From: Fidelibacterota bacterium
Lineage (GTDB): Bacteria > Fidelibacterota > Marinisomatia > Marinisomatales > UBA2128
Direction: 5' to 3'
Length of the DNA stretch: 45,322 bases
NCBI GenBank assembly: GCA_046861645.1
Contig: JBHHUM010000011.1
Span: 1 to 45,322, forward strand
The notes beneath the pieces are model-generated. The model saw nothing but the letters and a program-made list of their open reading frames with translations, searched no databases and was not told where the DNA came from. The translations under genes and the position numbers were made by a program. Each line of letters begins with the position of its first letter. Position 1 is the stretch's first letter. Positions 9,129 to 19,852 of this stretch are shown one piece after another.

Positions 9129-9665
9129 CTATTTCTCCCTTTTTCCAAGCTCTTGTATTCCCCTGCTTCCATTCTCCCCAGCGTAATAATTACGGTCCTT
9201 TGTCATTTCGTATACTTCCAAAAGTCCATCTTTATCTATCCAGAAGGCCTCTCTGGTATAATCTGCAAAATCGTAGATTTCAGTTAATTCAATAGCCTTT
9301 TCTGGACAGGCCATTTCGCAGAAACCACAAAAGATGCATCTCAGGAGATCGATATTAAACTGCACTGGGTATCGTTCCTTCCCTTCTTCCCAGGGTGAAG
9401 CATCCGGCACAATATGAATACAATGAGAAGGACAGGCAGCCGCACACATCTCACACGCCACACAACGAATGCGACCATCATCATATTTATTCAAACGATG
9501 AAGACCACGATATCCATCTGGCGGTACATGCTTATTATCTGGATATTGGAGGGTCACCTTTTTCTTGAAGATATGACGGAAAGTTACCATTAACCCTTTC
9601 AAAAGGGCGGGGAGATATAGACGATCCCAAAAAGTGGGCTTGTATGTTTTGACGATCGTGGCCAT
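9129..9665 (-). CDS. nuoI: NADH-quinone oxidoreductase subunit I (cluster 2)
   Basis: Two CxxCxxCxxxCP [4Fe-4S] motifs; TLQYP, YRGLH. Confidence 0.96.
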   Translation of the reverse strand: MATIVKTYKPTFWDRLYLPALLKGLMVTFRHIFKKKVTLQYPDNKHVPPDGYRGLHRLNKYDDGRIRCVACEMCAAACPSHCIHIVPDASPWEEGKERYPVQFNIDLLRCIFCGFCEMACPEKAIELTEIYDFADYTREAFWIDKDGLLEVYEMTKDRNYYAGENGSRGIQELGKREK

Positions 9666-9666
9666 A

Positions 9667-10695
9667 TCAGATTGTCAACATTAGAATCCCACCAGTGATG
9701 ATGATATTCAGTAATGCCAGGGGTAACAGTACCTTCCATCCTAACCACATAAGCTGATCATAACGAAAGCGGGGGAACGTCCACCGCACCCAGATATAGA
9801 GAAAAAGGAAGAACCCAGTCTTTATTACAAAAGCCAGTAAAGAAAGAATACCCCCCCAGATTCCCAGAGCAGCCTCATTAATCAGCGGTAGATCCCAACC
9901 TCCAAAAAAGAGCGTCACCGTCAGTGCTGCTGCGGTTACCATATTGGCGTACTCAGCCATAAAGAACATGCTGAATTTCATGCTGCTATATTCCGTATGA
10001 TAACCCCCTACTAACTCCTGTTCAGCTTCGGTCAAATCAAAAGGGAGCCGGTTGGTCTCGGCATATACCGCTACCAGAAAAATCAGAAAGGCCAGCGGCT
10101 GCCGACAGATGTTCCATGAGAAGAGTTCTCCTTGTTGAGCCACTACTATATCATTCAATTCCAGTGAACCAGCCATCATAATGATACTAATAGCCGCCAG
10201 ACCCATGGCTAACTCATAACTGATAAGCTGAGCTGAGGAACGTAATCCTCCTAAAAGTGGATATTTGCTATTAGAGGACCAACCTGCTAAAACCAAGCCA
10301 TACACCCCGACACTGGTCAAGGCAAAAATATAGAGAATACCAATATTCACATTAGCCACCTGTAGTGGAATCTCTCTTCCGAACAGGGAAATAGTCTGGC
10401 CAAAGGGGATGACGGCAAAAGTCATGAGGGCCGGAACAATCAGCATGGCCGGAGCCAGGATATAGATCGGTTTAACCGCCGCTGAGGGAATGATGTCCTC
10501 TTTCATAAGAAATTTTATTCCATCAGCAATGGGCTGTAGAATTCCTTGGGGACCAACACGGTTGGGGCCCAGACGGTCCTGCATGAAAGCAGACACTCGC
10601 CGCTCAGCCAAAGTCATGATCATGACCGCTAGCATTACCCCACTGAAGACAAAGAGAACCTTAACAATCATCACTATAATGGCCAAACCATCCAT
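9667..10695 (-). CDS. nuoH: NADH-quinone oxidoreductase subunit H (cluster 2)
   Basis: ERRVSAFMQDRLGPNRVG, AETNRLPFDL, GYHTEYS, PRFRYDQLM motifs. Confidence 0.97.
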   Translation of the reverse strand: MDGLAIIVMIVKVLFVFSGVMLAVMIMTLAERRVSAFMQDRLGPNRVGPQGILQPIADGIKFLMKEDIIPSAAVKPIYILAPAMLIVPALMTFAVIPFGQTISLFGREIPLQVANVNIGILYIFALTSVGVYGLVLAGWSSNSKYPLLGGLRSSAQLISYELAMGLAAISIIMMAGSLELNDIVVAQQGELFSWNICRQPLAFLIFLVAVYAETNRLPFDLTEAEQELVGGYHTEYSSMKFSMFFMAEYANMVTAAALTVTLFFGGWDLPLINEAALGIWGGILSLLAFVIKTGFFLFLYIWVRWTFPRFRYDQLMWLGWKVLLPLALLNIIITGGILMLTI

Positions 10696-12318
10696 TTAAT
10701 CTGCTCTTTCCTGAATATCGATGTTTAACCCTGCAGTTCCCAGTCTAAAGAAGGTAATGTCCTTGTAATTAGAAATCCGCTCTCCCATTTCTGACAACAC
10801 TTCACTGACATGACTATAATTAAGTACTCGCTTCCCCAATACATTCATCACTTCCATAATAATTGCCCAATCCTGACGGCTGATACCCTGCAGGGGCAGA
10901 GCGGGTCGCAACCACTGGATATGTCCTCTGTCATTAATTAAGGTCCCTTCTCTCTCCAACGGGGCAGCCCCAGGAAGCAGGAGATGAGCTCGCTTTGCCA
11001 AAGACGTCATGGCAAATGTCTGTACTACTAAAAAATCGAGATGGAGCAGTATCTCCTGCCATTCTGCCGATTCCACCCAATGATCACTATTATCAAGAAC
11101 ATACATTAACCTGATCTTTTGCCTTTTGATATCACCGATAACATCCTCTGACAATTCAGGATTTACTGCTTCCATTCCACCCCGATTAGGAGAGCGGTCT
11201 CCACTGATACGGAAACCACCCGGGAATCGAATTTCATCCTCTTCCTCAAGAGGTAATGTTCCCACTATACCTCGTTCTTCCAACACATCGTGCATCAGAC
11301 GGGCAAACATGAATTGCGTTTCGCTGGTGTGGAAAGGTGAAGTGATACCAGCGATGAGATTACTTTTGTCACTTTTCTTACGTCCTAACTTCTCAAATAT
11401 TTCCTTAAACGCCCCCGCCCAACTTATTTCCCGCCAATCATCTCCCTCTCGGATCATAGGTGAAGTTACCCGCTCAAGCTGCTTGTAACCGTGGTAACTA
11501 TAACGACCGATATCACAGATAAAGTGACCATTCACCCGGAGATTCTCACGGGCCGAGATGCGAAATACTTCCCCGTTCTGATGAAATATATCCACGTTAC
11601 AACCCACACTACACTGCTGGCAGACTGAAGGCTGTCGATCGAGATTCCAGATGCGGTTGCGATGGATATAATCTTTGCTCAACAGGGCACCTACCGGGCA
11701 AATATCGGTGACGTTACCCGCAAGGAGGTTGTCCAGGGGTTTGTCCTCCATCACTGATATCTTGGCGTTATAACCCCGTTGTTGAACAAACAATTCACTG
11801 GTACCAGATATTTCCCGGGTAAAACGGACGCAGCGAGTACACATAATACAACGATTCTGATTGATTACTACATCCGCTCCTAAATCCTCAGCAGCTCGAA
11901 CCCGCTTATCTTCTTTAAACCGACTGTGAGCCCGGCCGTAGCGGAAGGAATAATCCTGTAGATCACACTCACCTGCCTGATCGCAGACAGGACAATCCAG
12001 AGGGTGATTCAGCAGAAGGAACTCCAATGTGTCCTGCCGGGCTTTCCGCACAGTTTCAGACTGTGTAGTAACAATCATATCATATTTGCCGTCCACTTTC
12101 CTCTCCAACGGCATATTACCAATCCGGGTATTACACGCCACCTGCAGCTTAGCCATCCCCGCCACTTCTACCACACACATCCGACAACTCCCCACTACCT
12201 CCAGAGCAGGATGGTAACAGTAATGAGGTATCTCAATACCATTAGCCAGAGCAGCAGTCAGCACACTGGTGCCAGGGGTCACCTCAATTTCCAGTTCATC
12301 AATTTTAAGCAGAGGCAT
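10696..12318 (-). CDS. nuoG: NADH-quinone oxidoreductase subunit G (short, 540 aa)
   Basis: CYHP..CRMC (N1b), HPLDCPVCDQAGEC (N5), CIMCTRC (N4), CQQCSVGC..C (N7-like). Confidence 0.94.
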   Translation of the reverse strand: MPLLKIDELEIEVTPGTSVLTAALANGIEIPHYCYHPALEVVGSCRMCVVEVAGMAKLQVACNTRIGNMPLERKVDGKYDMIVTTQSETVRKARQDTLEFLLLNHPLDCPVCDQAGECDLQDYSFRYGRAHSRFKEDKRVRAAEDLGADVVINQNRCIMCTRCVRFTREISGTSELFVQQRGYNAKISVMEDKPLDNLLAGNVTDICPVGALLSKDYIHRNRIWNLDRQPSVCQQCSVGCNVDIFHQNGEVFRISARENLRVNGHFICDIGRYSYHGYKQLERVTSPMIREGDDWREISWAGAFKEIFEKLGRKKSDKSNLIAGITSPFHTSETQFMFARLMHDVLEERGIVGTLPLEEEDEIRFPGGFRISGDRSPNRGGMEAVNPELSEDVIGDIKRQKIRLMYVLDNSDHWVESAEWQEILLHLDFLVVQTFAMTSLAKRAHLLLPGAAPLEREGTLINDRGHIQWLRPALPLQGISRQDWAIIMEVMNVLGKRVLNYSHVSEVLSEMGERISNYKDITFFRLGTAGLNIDIQERAD

Positions 12319-13619
12319 TAGACCGTAACTCCAGTGGTCTGGACACAGGAAACAAATTCCGTTCTAAATTTTTCCACAAAACTTCTCACCGGCCATGCTA
12401 CTGCTTCCCCGAAAGGACAGATAGTCTTACCGTAGCTCCCCTGGGAAAAATCGATCAGTCCGCCAATGTTGTCGGTGATTTCCAGGAGCATTTCAATATC
12501 CTTGAGTGTACCATTCCCCTGGTAAAGTCGAGAGAGTATCTTCACCAGCCAGGAAGTTCCCTCCCGGCAGGGAGTGCACTGACCGCAAGACTCGTGGGCA
12601 TAGAACCGGGCAATATTCAAACACGCACGAACCATATCCACTGATTCATCCAAAACTATGATTCCCGCTGAGCCGAGCATAGTACCGGCAGCAGCCAGTT
12701 CCTCAAAGTCCATATGCAAACCGGCAACCTCTTCAGTTGTAAGAAGGGGTGACGAAGAACCTCCAGGGAAAACCGCCTTCAGCTTCCGATTTGCAGTGAT
12801 ACCACCCGCCCGGTCGTAAATCAATTCTTCCAGAGCAATCCCCATGGGTTCCTCGTAAACTCCCGGTTTATTGACCCGGCCAGAAATGCAAAAAAGTTTG
12901 GGGCCAGGTCCTTTTTCAGGTCCAATTGCCCGGAACCAATCCCCTCCCCGGTTGATGATATGTGGTAAATTGGCTAATGTCTCCACATTGTTTACAATGG
13001 TGGGGGCTTGCAGATACCCAGCGATAGCCGGAAAAGGGGGTTTAATTCGTGGCCAGCCCCGTTTACCTTCCAGAGATTCCAGTAAACCGGTCTCTTCCCC
13101 GCAGATATAAGCTCCTGCGCCCCGGTGAATAACCACTTCCAAATGATAATCAGTACCGAGAATATCCTCCCCTAAGAACCCGGCAGTTCTGCTCTCAGCC
13201 ACTGCTTTTTGTAGCACCTCATACTCTCTGTAAAACTCGCCACGGATATAAACAAACGCTAGATGAGCTTGGATGGCATATGCAGCAATAATCATTCCTT
13301 CCAGCATCTGGTGAGGGGTCTTGTTAATCAGTAACCTATCCTTAAAAGTCCCCGGTTCACTTTCATCAGCATTGCAAATAAGATATTTCGGCTTGTCTAT
13401 ATCTCTGGGAATGAAACCCCACTTGACACCGGTTGGAAATCCAGCACCACCCCGACCGCGTAAATTGGAAGCCTTTACCTCTTCGACAACTTCTTCAGGT
13501 GACAGTAACTTCACGACTTTCTCTAAAGCGGTGTAACCCCCTACTGAGCGGTAAAATTCCAGGGAGTGGCAATTCTCCGCATAGATATGTTCAGTTAGAA
13601 CTGGTTTAAAATTCTTCAT
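12318..13619 (-). CDS. nuoF: NADH-quinone oxidoreductase subunit F
   Basis: GRGGAGFPTG, NADESEPGTFKD, GAGAYICGEE, ESCGQCTPCREG motifs. Confidence 0.98.
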   Translation of the reverse strand: MKNFKPVLTEHIYAENCHSLEFYRSVGGYTALEKVVKLLSPEEVVEEVKASNLRGRGGAGFPTGVKWGFIPRDIDKPKYLICNADESEPGTFKDRLLINKTPHQMLEGMIIAAYAIQAHLAFVYIRGEFYREYEVLQKAVAESRTAGFLGEDILGTDYHLEVVIHRGAGAYICGEETGLLESLEGKRGWPRIKPPFPAIAGYLQAPTIVNNVETLANLPHIINRGGDWFRAIGPEKGPGPKLFCISGRVNKPGVYEEPMGIALEELIYDRAGGITANRKLKAVFPGGSSSPLLTTEEVAGLHMDFEELAAAGTMLGSAGIIVLDESVDMVRACLNIARFYAHESCGQCTPCREGTSWLVKILSRLYQGNGTLKDIEMLLEITDNIGGLIDFSQGSYGKTICPFGEAVAWPVRSFVEKFRTEFVSCVQTTGVTV

Positions 13620-14095
13620 TCCAGAGCATCCAATAGTTTATCAAGTGACTCTACGGTAAGTCCTTCATGATAATCGTTATTTATCTGTACGACCGGGGCT
13701 GTCCCACAGGATCCCAAACACTCGACTTTAAGCAGCGTAAACCTCCCCTCAGGGGTAGTCTCCCCGGGAGTAAGCCTATACTTTTGACAAATGTGATCTA
13801 CCAGCTCGTCAGCTCCGTTCAAACTACATGAGAGTGTTTGGCAAACCTGTAGAATGTACTTGCCCTGTGGTTTGCTGTAGAACATGGTATAAAAGGATAC
13901 CGTATCAGCAATTTCAGCGGGTGCTACCGCTACGATCCGGGCAATTTCCTTCACAATAGCAGTGGAAATGTAACCTTCCTGCTGTTGGGCAAGATGTAAC
14001 AATGGTAAGACTGCTGACTGTTTATCCGGATATTGTGAGAGTATATTTTCTACCTTCCCGGGATGGCTGAAAACGAATTGAGACTTTTCACTCAT
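13616..14095 (-). CDS. nuoE: NADH-quinone oxidoreductase subunit E
   Basis: CQTLSC and ECLGSC [2Fe-2S] motifs; SFYTMF. Confidence 0.97.
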   Translation of the reverse strand: MSEKSQFVFSHPGKVENILSQYPDKQSAVLPLLHLAQQQEGYISTAIVKEIARIVAVAPAEIADTVSFYTMFYSKPQGKYILQVCQTLSCSLNGADELVDHICQKYRLTPGETTPEGRFTLLKVECLGSCGTAPVVQINNDYHEGLTVESLDKLLDALE

Positions 14096-14151
14096 CAGAA
14101 CTGGATGATCTTATTATCCCTGTGACTACAAATCGATCCTAACATATTCAT

Positions 14152-15357
14152 TTACCGATCCAGTTCCCCAGCAATAATGTTTAGGCTACCTAAAATAGCC
14201 ACGGCATCAGAAATCATTCCACCCACCATAATCTTGGGGAAGATCGAATAGTTGATCAGTGAGGGGGGTCTCGTTCGAACTCGATACGGAGTATGAGACC
14301 CATCACTAACGATATAGTATCCTAACTCACCATTAGGTGATTCCGTGGGGACATAGGCTTCTCCCTTGGGAGGAACCATGCCACGGTTAGGCATGATTTG
14401 TTCAAAGTGGTAAATTAATCCCTCTATGGAGTTATATACATCATCCTTGGGAGGTAATACAAACTTGGAATCAGAATCGATATTAATCGCTCCCTCTGGA
14501 AGCTTTGCTAAGACCTGCCGGCATATCTTCACACTCTGGCGTATCTCTTCCATTCGCACCAAGTATCGGTCAAATACATCACCACTAACCCCAATCACTA
14601 CATCGAAGTCAAAATCTTCATAACTTAAATAAGGTTCCCTGACCCGGATATCCCAATCTATTCCCGCAGCCCGTGCTGCCGGTCCAGTTATGCCATACGT
14701 GATGGCATCCTCCTTACTAATAACTCCCACTCCCTTGGTCCGTTTCTGCCAGATCCTGTTACGGTTCAAAAGTGTCTCGATTTCATCGGTTACTTTACCC
14801 ACTTCTTCCAGAACTTCCCTTACACTAGTTTCAAAACTGTCCGGAAGATCCCGCATTAATCCTCCTACTCGGGTATAGCTGGTGGTCAGACGGGTACCAG
14901 TGGCTGCCTCAAAGAGGTCGTAAATATTCTCCCTCAGGCGAAACCCATAGAGGAAAACTGTAAAAGCCCCTATGTCCACAGCCTGCATACCCACGCACAA
15001 AAGATGATCAGCTATACGACTCAACTCGCACATTAACACACGAATGTATTGTGCCCGCAAGGAAACTTCGATACCCATGAGTTTCTCAGCAGACAGGACA
15101 TAAGCCACGTTATTACACAGCGGGGAGAGATAGTTCATCCGGTCAGTAATAGTCACATACTGATTATAATCCAGGTGTTCACCCAATTTTTCAAAACCTG
15201 AATGAAGGTATCCAATCTCTGGCGTCACCTTGAGTACGGTTTCACCCTCTAACTCCATTATGATCCGCAACGTACCGTGGGTGGCTGGGTGAGAAGGTCC
15301 GAAGTTGAGAACTAATTTCTCATATTCCTGAGATTGAGGAGGAGTAAATGAGCTCAC
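14152..15357 (-). CDS. nuoD: NADH-quinone oxidoreductase subunit D (cluster 2)
   Basis: FGPSHPATHG, GYLHSGFEK, DRMNY, ESPNGELG, GELDR terminus. Confidence 0.97.
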   Translation of the reverse strand: MSSFTPPQSQEYEKLVLNFGPSHPATHGTLRIIMELEGETVLKVTPEIGYLHSGFEKLGEHLDYNQYVTITDRMNYLSPLCNNVAYVLSAEKLMGIEVSLRAQYIRVLMCELSRIADHLLCVGMQAVDIGAFTVFLYGFRLRENIYDLFEAATGTRLTTSYTRVGGLMRDLPDSFETSVREVLEEVGKVTDEIETLLNRNRIWQKRTKGVGVISKEDAITYGITGPAARAAGIDWDIRVREPYLSYEDFDFDVVIGVSGDVFDRYLVRMEEIRQSVKICRQVLAKLPEGAINIDSDSKFVLPPKDDVYNSIEGLIYHFEQIMPNRGMVPPKGEAYVPTESPNGELGYYIVSDGSHTPYRVRTRPPSLINYSIFPKIMVGGMISDAVAILGSLNIIAGELDR

Positions 15358-15860
15358 GAATGGTTGCCTTTCTTGAGTCCTTCCACAACTGGAAAGTTGC
15401 GGCGTTCACCTTTACCCTGACGAGGAAAATCCTTCCGCAGGGGGTGACCTTTAAACTCATCGGGATTCATAATCCTGATGAGATTAGGGTGTCCACTAAA
15501 TTCTATTCCGAAAAGATCAAATACTTCCCGTTCCTGCCAATCAGCCGTCTTCCAGAGTGAAACTACTGATGGAATAACAGGTTTCTTCTCAGGGATGTAT
15601 GCTTTGACGACCAGACGCTGCTCATGTTCATGTGATAATAGATGATATACAACGACAAACCTTTCATAACCACCCAGGTTCAGATTATCCACGGCGGTCA
15701 GGTCAGTCAAGAAGTTGAATCCTGTTTCCTTGAGAAAAGAGAGAATATTGATGATATCATGTCCTTGTATATGAATAGTCAAGTCTGTCTCTTCAGTTAT
15801 TTCAATAATGAACTCCCCATAGCGATCCTGTAAAATGGAAAGAATTTCCGGGCGAGTCAT
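15354..15860 (-). CDS. nuoC: NADH-quinone oxidoreductase subunit C (cluster 2)
   Basis: [31 protein letters not shown] signature. Confidence 0.97.
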   Translation of the reverse strand: MTRPEILSILQDRYGEFIIEITEETDLTIHIQGHDIINILSFLKETGFNFLTDLTAVDNLNLGGYERFVVVYHLLSHEHEQRLVVKAYIPEKKPVIPSVVSLWKTADWQEREVFDLFGIEFSGHPNLIRIMNPDEFKGHPLRKDFPRQGKGERRNFPVVEGLKKGNHS

Positions 15861-16354
15861 TGATTTACACCTTTAGAAGAATAATCAGAGAACTTCTCGT
15901 TCTCCACCAACTTCTGAATCTTTATCAGACCATCAAGGAGTCCCTCAGGTCGGGGTGGACACCCCGGTACATATACATCCACCGGAAGAAATTGATCCAC
16001 TCCCTGGATAACACTATACGTATCAAACACTCCCCCACTGGAGGCGCAAGCGCCCATGGAAATTACCCATTTCGGTTCTGGCATTTGTTCATAGATACGC
16101 TGAAGAACCGGCATCATTTTAATCGTTATGCGACCGGCAACAATAAGCAAGTCCGATTGACGGGGGGAAAAACGAATTGCCTCAGCACCAAAGCGGGCCA
16201 TATCTGACCGGGAAGCTAAAACAGCCATTAATTCAATTCCACAGCAAGCTGTTCCAAAGGGCATGGGCCATAGAGAATTTTTTCGAGCCCAGTTAACCGC
16301 TGCCTCGACCGTAGTAGTAAGCAAATTTGATTTTATTTCATGTTCTATTCCCAT
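15857..16354 (-). CDS. nuoB: NADH-quinone oxidoreductase subunit B (only copy in window)
   Basis: [27 protein letters not shown] (cluster N2 ligands). Confidence 0.98.
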   Translation of the reverse strand: MGIEHEIKSNLLTTTVEAAVNWARKNSLWPMPFGTACCGIELMAVLASRSDMARFGAEAIRFSPRQSDLLIVAGRITIKMMPVLQRIYEQMPEPKWVISMGACASSGGVFDTYSVIQGVDQFLPVDVYVPGCPPRPEGLLDGLIKIQKLVENEKFSDYSSKGVNQ

Positions 16355-16713
16355 TCTAAAGCCCCTTTTTTCCAGACAAATACGAAACCGAACAGGATTA
16401 TCAACATGAATAAGAGCATTTCCAGAAATATGAAGGAACCTGATTTCACGAAATCCTTAAAAATGACCGCCCAGGGGAATAAAAATACAATTTCGATATC
16501 GAAAATGACAAAAAGGAGAGCAATCAGAAAGTATTTTACTGAAATTCGTACCCTGGCTGGTGCCAAGGGATCAACACCGGATTCATAGGAAGATAATTTT
16601 ACAGCAGATTTAGTCTGGGGTCCGAGTAAATGAGAGAGTATCAGCAGCAAAAAGGCAAAACCAGCTGCTAAAAGAAAGACTAAAAGAAGAGGTGTATAGT
16701 TTTCCAGTATCAT
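16345..16713 (-). CDS. nuoA: NADH-quinone oxidoreductase subunit A (cluster 2)
   Basis: [25 protein letters not shown] motifs. Confidence 0.97.
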   Translation of the reverse strand: MILENYTPLLLVFLLAAGFAFLLLILSHLLGPQTKSAVKLSSYESGVDPLAPARVRISVKYFLIALLFVIFDIEIVFLFPWAVIFKDFVKSGSFIFLEMLLFMLIILFGFVFVWKKGALEWE

Positions 16714-16793
16714 CTTCCTTATTACTGCTGCGATAACCAGCCCTCACCGCTAATTACGGTAAGAATCTCTCGTCGGGGCTGACGAATTTACAC

Positions 16794-18275
16794 TTATGGC
16801 AGGAAGAAGACCAAGGAATTGCGGATCCAATCCGCAATAGGTGCCCAATAGATTCCAAAAACTACCGTTGGAACTGCCAAAATTGCCAATAGAGTTGTTT
16901 GAAATCGCGGCGGTAAATAGAGCTCCGCTTCACGTTCACCCTGCAGATACATCATCTTTACTATACGCATGTAATAGTAAAGTGAGATGACACTGTTTAA
17001 AGCAGCTACAATAGCCAACCAGTACATCCTGGCCTCAATCACTGCTGAGAAGAGATAGAACTTTCCGATGAAACCAGCCGTTGGTGGTAACCCAGTCAGG
17101 GAAAAGAGAAATATGGCCATCGTTACTCCAAGGTAAGGTGCCTTGAAACCCAGTCCCCCATACTCATCAATCTCTTCAGTATTATATTTATTTTGTATGG
17201 TAATCACGACAAAAAACGCCCCTAATTGCATAAAAAGGTAGACGACTACGTAAAACATTGAGGCATAAATGCCTCCTAAAGACAGTACTGGTATACCCAT
17301 TAAAATGTATCCTGCATGGGCAATACTGGAATAAGCCAAGAGTCGCTTTACGTTCGATTGTTGAATGGCAATCACATTCCCTAGTGTCATTGTAATCGCA
17401 GCTAATATAGCCATTACTTCCTGCCAGGGAAGACCCTCCAGTACCTGCCAGAAAGAAGCCAGCAGAGCATCAGTACCACTGAAAACTATATTGAAAACAC
17501 GAATGAGTAAAGCAAAACCCGCTGCTTTAGGACCCACGGAAAGATAAGCCGTAATGGGTGTGGGAGCACCTTCATAGACGTCAGGTGTCCAGAAGTGGAA
17601 AGGGACCACAGATATTTTATAACCAAAACCAGCCATAATCATTATCGTGGCCACCGTTAAGGTTAAAGTCCCCCCTCCTTGCAGGGTAGCCATACCTTCC
17701 CTGATCTCAAAAAGTTTTGTGGTTCCCGTTAATCCAAAGAGTAGTGAGAATCCATAGAGCATAATTCCGGACGAAAAAGCTCCATAAATCACATACTTTA
17801 AGGATGCTTCAGTAGATCTTACCCGGGTTTTCAGATAACCTGCCAGGATGAATGAAACGATGCTCACTACTTCAATAGAAAGGTAGATCATGATTAAATC
17901 TACACTGGACGCCATCAGAAACATTCCCAATGTCAAAGCAGCTATGAGCAGATAGTATTCCCCTGTCCTTACAACTTTTAACTCATCAGTTTTCAAAGAC
18001 ATTAGAATCACTACAACTGTCGCTAACAGGAAAAGGAACTTAAACATCCGGGCAAATGGATCCAGTACAATCGTCCCCAGAAAAAGAGTGATAGCTTCAC
18101 TTGCCGGAGTGAGGAGTAAGGCCAATGCCGCAACGGTTAATCCTCCCATGATCCAATATGCAACCCGGTATGATTGCTCTCTTCGATAAAAGAGATCGGT
18201 AATAATCCCCAACAATACCGTTCCCACGATAATGAGTTCGGGAATGAAAAGCTTTAAGCTCTGCAGGTTATCCAT
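16794..18275 (-). CDS. nuoN: NADH-quinone oxidoreductase subunit N (cluster 1)
   Basis: EASLKY, KISVVPFHFWTPDVYEGAP, KRLLAYSSIAHAGY motifs. Confidence 0.96.
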   Translation of the reverse strand: MDNLQSLKLFIPELIIVGTVLLGIITDLFYRREQSYRVAYWIMGGLTVAALALLLTPASEAITLFLGTIVLDPFARMFKFLFLLATVVVILMSLKTDELKVVRTGEYYLLIAALTLGMFLMASSVDLIMIYLSIEVVSIVSFILAGYLKTRVRSTEASLKYVIYGAFSSGIMLYGFSLLFGLTGTTKLFEIREGMATLQGGGTLTLTVATIMIMAGFGYKISVVPFHFWTPDVYEGAPTPITAYLSVGPKAAGFALLIRVFNIVFSGTDALLASFWQVLEGLPWQEVMAILAAITMTLGNVIAIQQSNVKRLLAYSSIAHAGYILMGIPVLSLGGIYASMFYVVVYLFMQLGAFFVVITIQNKYNTEEIDEYGGLGFKAPYLGVTMAIFLFSLTGLPPTAGFIGKFYLFSAVIEARMYWLAIVAALNSVISLYYYMRIVKMMYLQGEREAELYLPPRFQTTLLAILAVPTVVFGIYWAPIADWIRNSLVFFLP

Positions 18276-18283
18276 ACTTTACT

Positions 18284-19831
18284 TTAAAATACTGCAAGAA
18301 GTTGACTCTGCTGCACCAACTGGATCAAGTTCCCCATGGTCACTTTCATGACATTCAACACTGGTGCTGGATAAATACCTAATAAGATCACCAGAACAGC
18401 TAAGGGCACCAGGGTGAACAGCTCCCGTTTGTTAATCTCAGGTAGATCAGCATATTTCTCATTTAGTTTACCAAGAAACATACGTTGAAATGCCCACAGG
18501 AAATAGGAGGCGTTCAAAAGAATACCCAGTGTAGCAATAATCACGATTGTTTTAAATACCGGGAAGGCACCGATGAAACACATGGCTTCACTGATAAAAC
18601 CAGAGAGACCGGGAAGTCCCAAACCGGCAAAAAACGCCAAGGCCACCACACCCGTATAAAGAGGCATGCGCACACCCAGACCCCCGAAACCATCAATATT
18701 GCGATGGTGCGCGCGATCGTATATAACTCCCACCAGGATAAAGAGCATGGCTGTGATTGTACCATGATTAAACATCTGGAGAACCGCCCCGTTCATACCT
18801 GCTTCTGCAGCCATTACGTTACCACCATGTTTGGCTCCAGCAGCTATAACTGCAGCCATCCCTAACAACACGTAACCCATATGATTTACGCTAGAGTAGG
18901 CCACCATTTTCTTCATATCAGTCTGCGCCAAAGCGCATAATGCTCCCCAGATAATATTGATAAGGGCTAATATAGCCAATGCCCCGGCAAACCAGACAGC
19001 TCCATCCGGCAACATTGGATAGCTGATGCGGAGTATACCATAGGTTCCCATTTTCAATAACACACCCGCCAGAATTACTGAAATAGCTGTAGGCGCTTCC
19101 ACATGAGCCAGGGGCAGCCAGGTATGGAATGGAAAAACAGGAACTTTAATCGCAAAAGCAATAAAAAGTAATATCCATACCACCTTCAAGGCGTTAAAAC
19201 CCCACCAACTGATTGCACCTAAACCTTCGTTTGCCTGAACCATCAAAACCGTCATATCAAAAGTGTGCCCACAAGTGAAGTAAAGAGCCAGAATAGCCAC
19301 CAACATAAGCACTGAACCCGCTAAGGTATATAAAAAGAACTTTATGGCTGCGTATTCCCGTTGTGGCCCTCCCCACATACCAATGAGGAAATACATAGGT
19401 AGTAGCATCACCTCCCAGAATACATAGAATAAAAAGAAGTCAAGCGAGAGGAATACACCCATCATACCTGCATCTAACAACAGGAACAAAGCAAAGTATC
19501 CCTTGGGTGCCTTGTCAATCTTCCAGCTTACAAAAACTCCCAGAAAAGAAAGTAGGGCCGTCAGCAACACCATGGGTAGACTCAATCCATCCACACCCAG
19601 GTAATACTGTATATTAAATGAAGCAATCCAGCTCAATTTTTCCTGAAACTGAAAACCGATATGAAAGTTATCAAACAACGCCCACAAAATAATCGCAATA
19701 GCAAGCTGAATTCCTGTAGCACTGGCAGCGATCCATTTAATGACCTCCTTCTTATCGCGGGGAACAAGTATGATCGAACCTATGCCTATAACAGGTAACC
19801 AGACCAACCAACTCAAAATATTCCAATCCAT
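18284..19831 (-). CDS. nuoM: NADH-quinone oxidoreductase subunit M (cluster 1)
   Basis: FWEVMLLPMY, AIKVPVFPFHTWLP, LLKMG, GFISE motifs; ATG at 19831 preferred over TTG at 19840. Confidence 0.96.
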   Translation of the reverse strand: MDWNILSWLVWLPVIGIGSIILVPRDKKEVIKWIAASATGIQLAIAIILWALFDNFHIGFQFQEKLSWIASFNIQYYLGVDGLSLPMVLLTALLSFLGVFVSWKIDKAPKGYFALFLLLDAGMMGVFLSLDFFLFYVFWEVMLLPMYFLIGMWGGPQREYAAIKFFLYTLAGSVLMLVAILALYFTCGHTFDMTVLMVQANEGLGAISWWGFNALKVVWILLFIAFAIKVPVFPFHTWLPLAHVEAPTAISVILAGVLLKMGTYGILRISYPMLPDGAVWFAGALAILALINIIWGALCALAQTDMKKMVAYSSVNHMGYVLLGMAAVIAAGAKHGGNVMAAEAGMNGAVLQMFNHGTITAMLFILVGVIYDRAHHRNIDGFGGLGVRMPLYTGVVALAFFAGLGLPGLSGFISEAMCFIGAFPVFKTIVIIATLGILLNASYFLWAFQRMFLGKLNEKYADLPEINKRELFTLVPLAVLVILLGIYPAPVLNVMKVTMGNLIQLVQQSQLLAVF

Positions 19832-19852
19832 ATCCTGCAATTCCTCTCTTTC

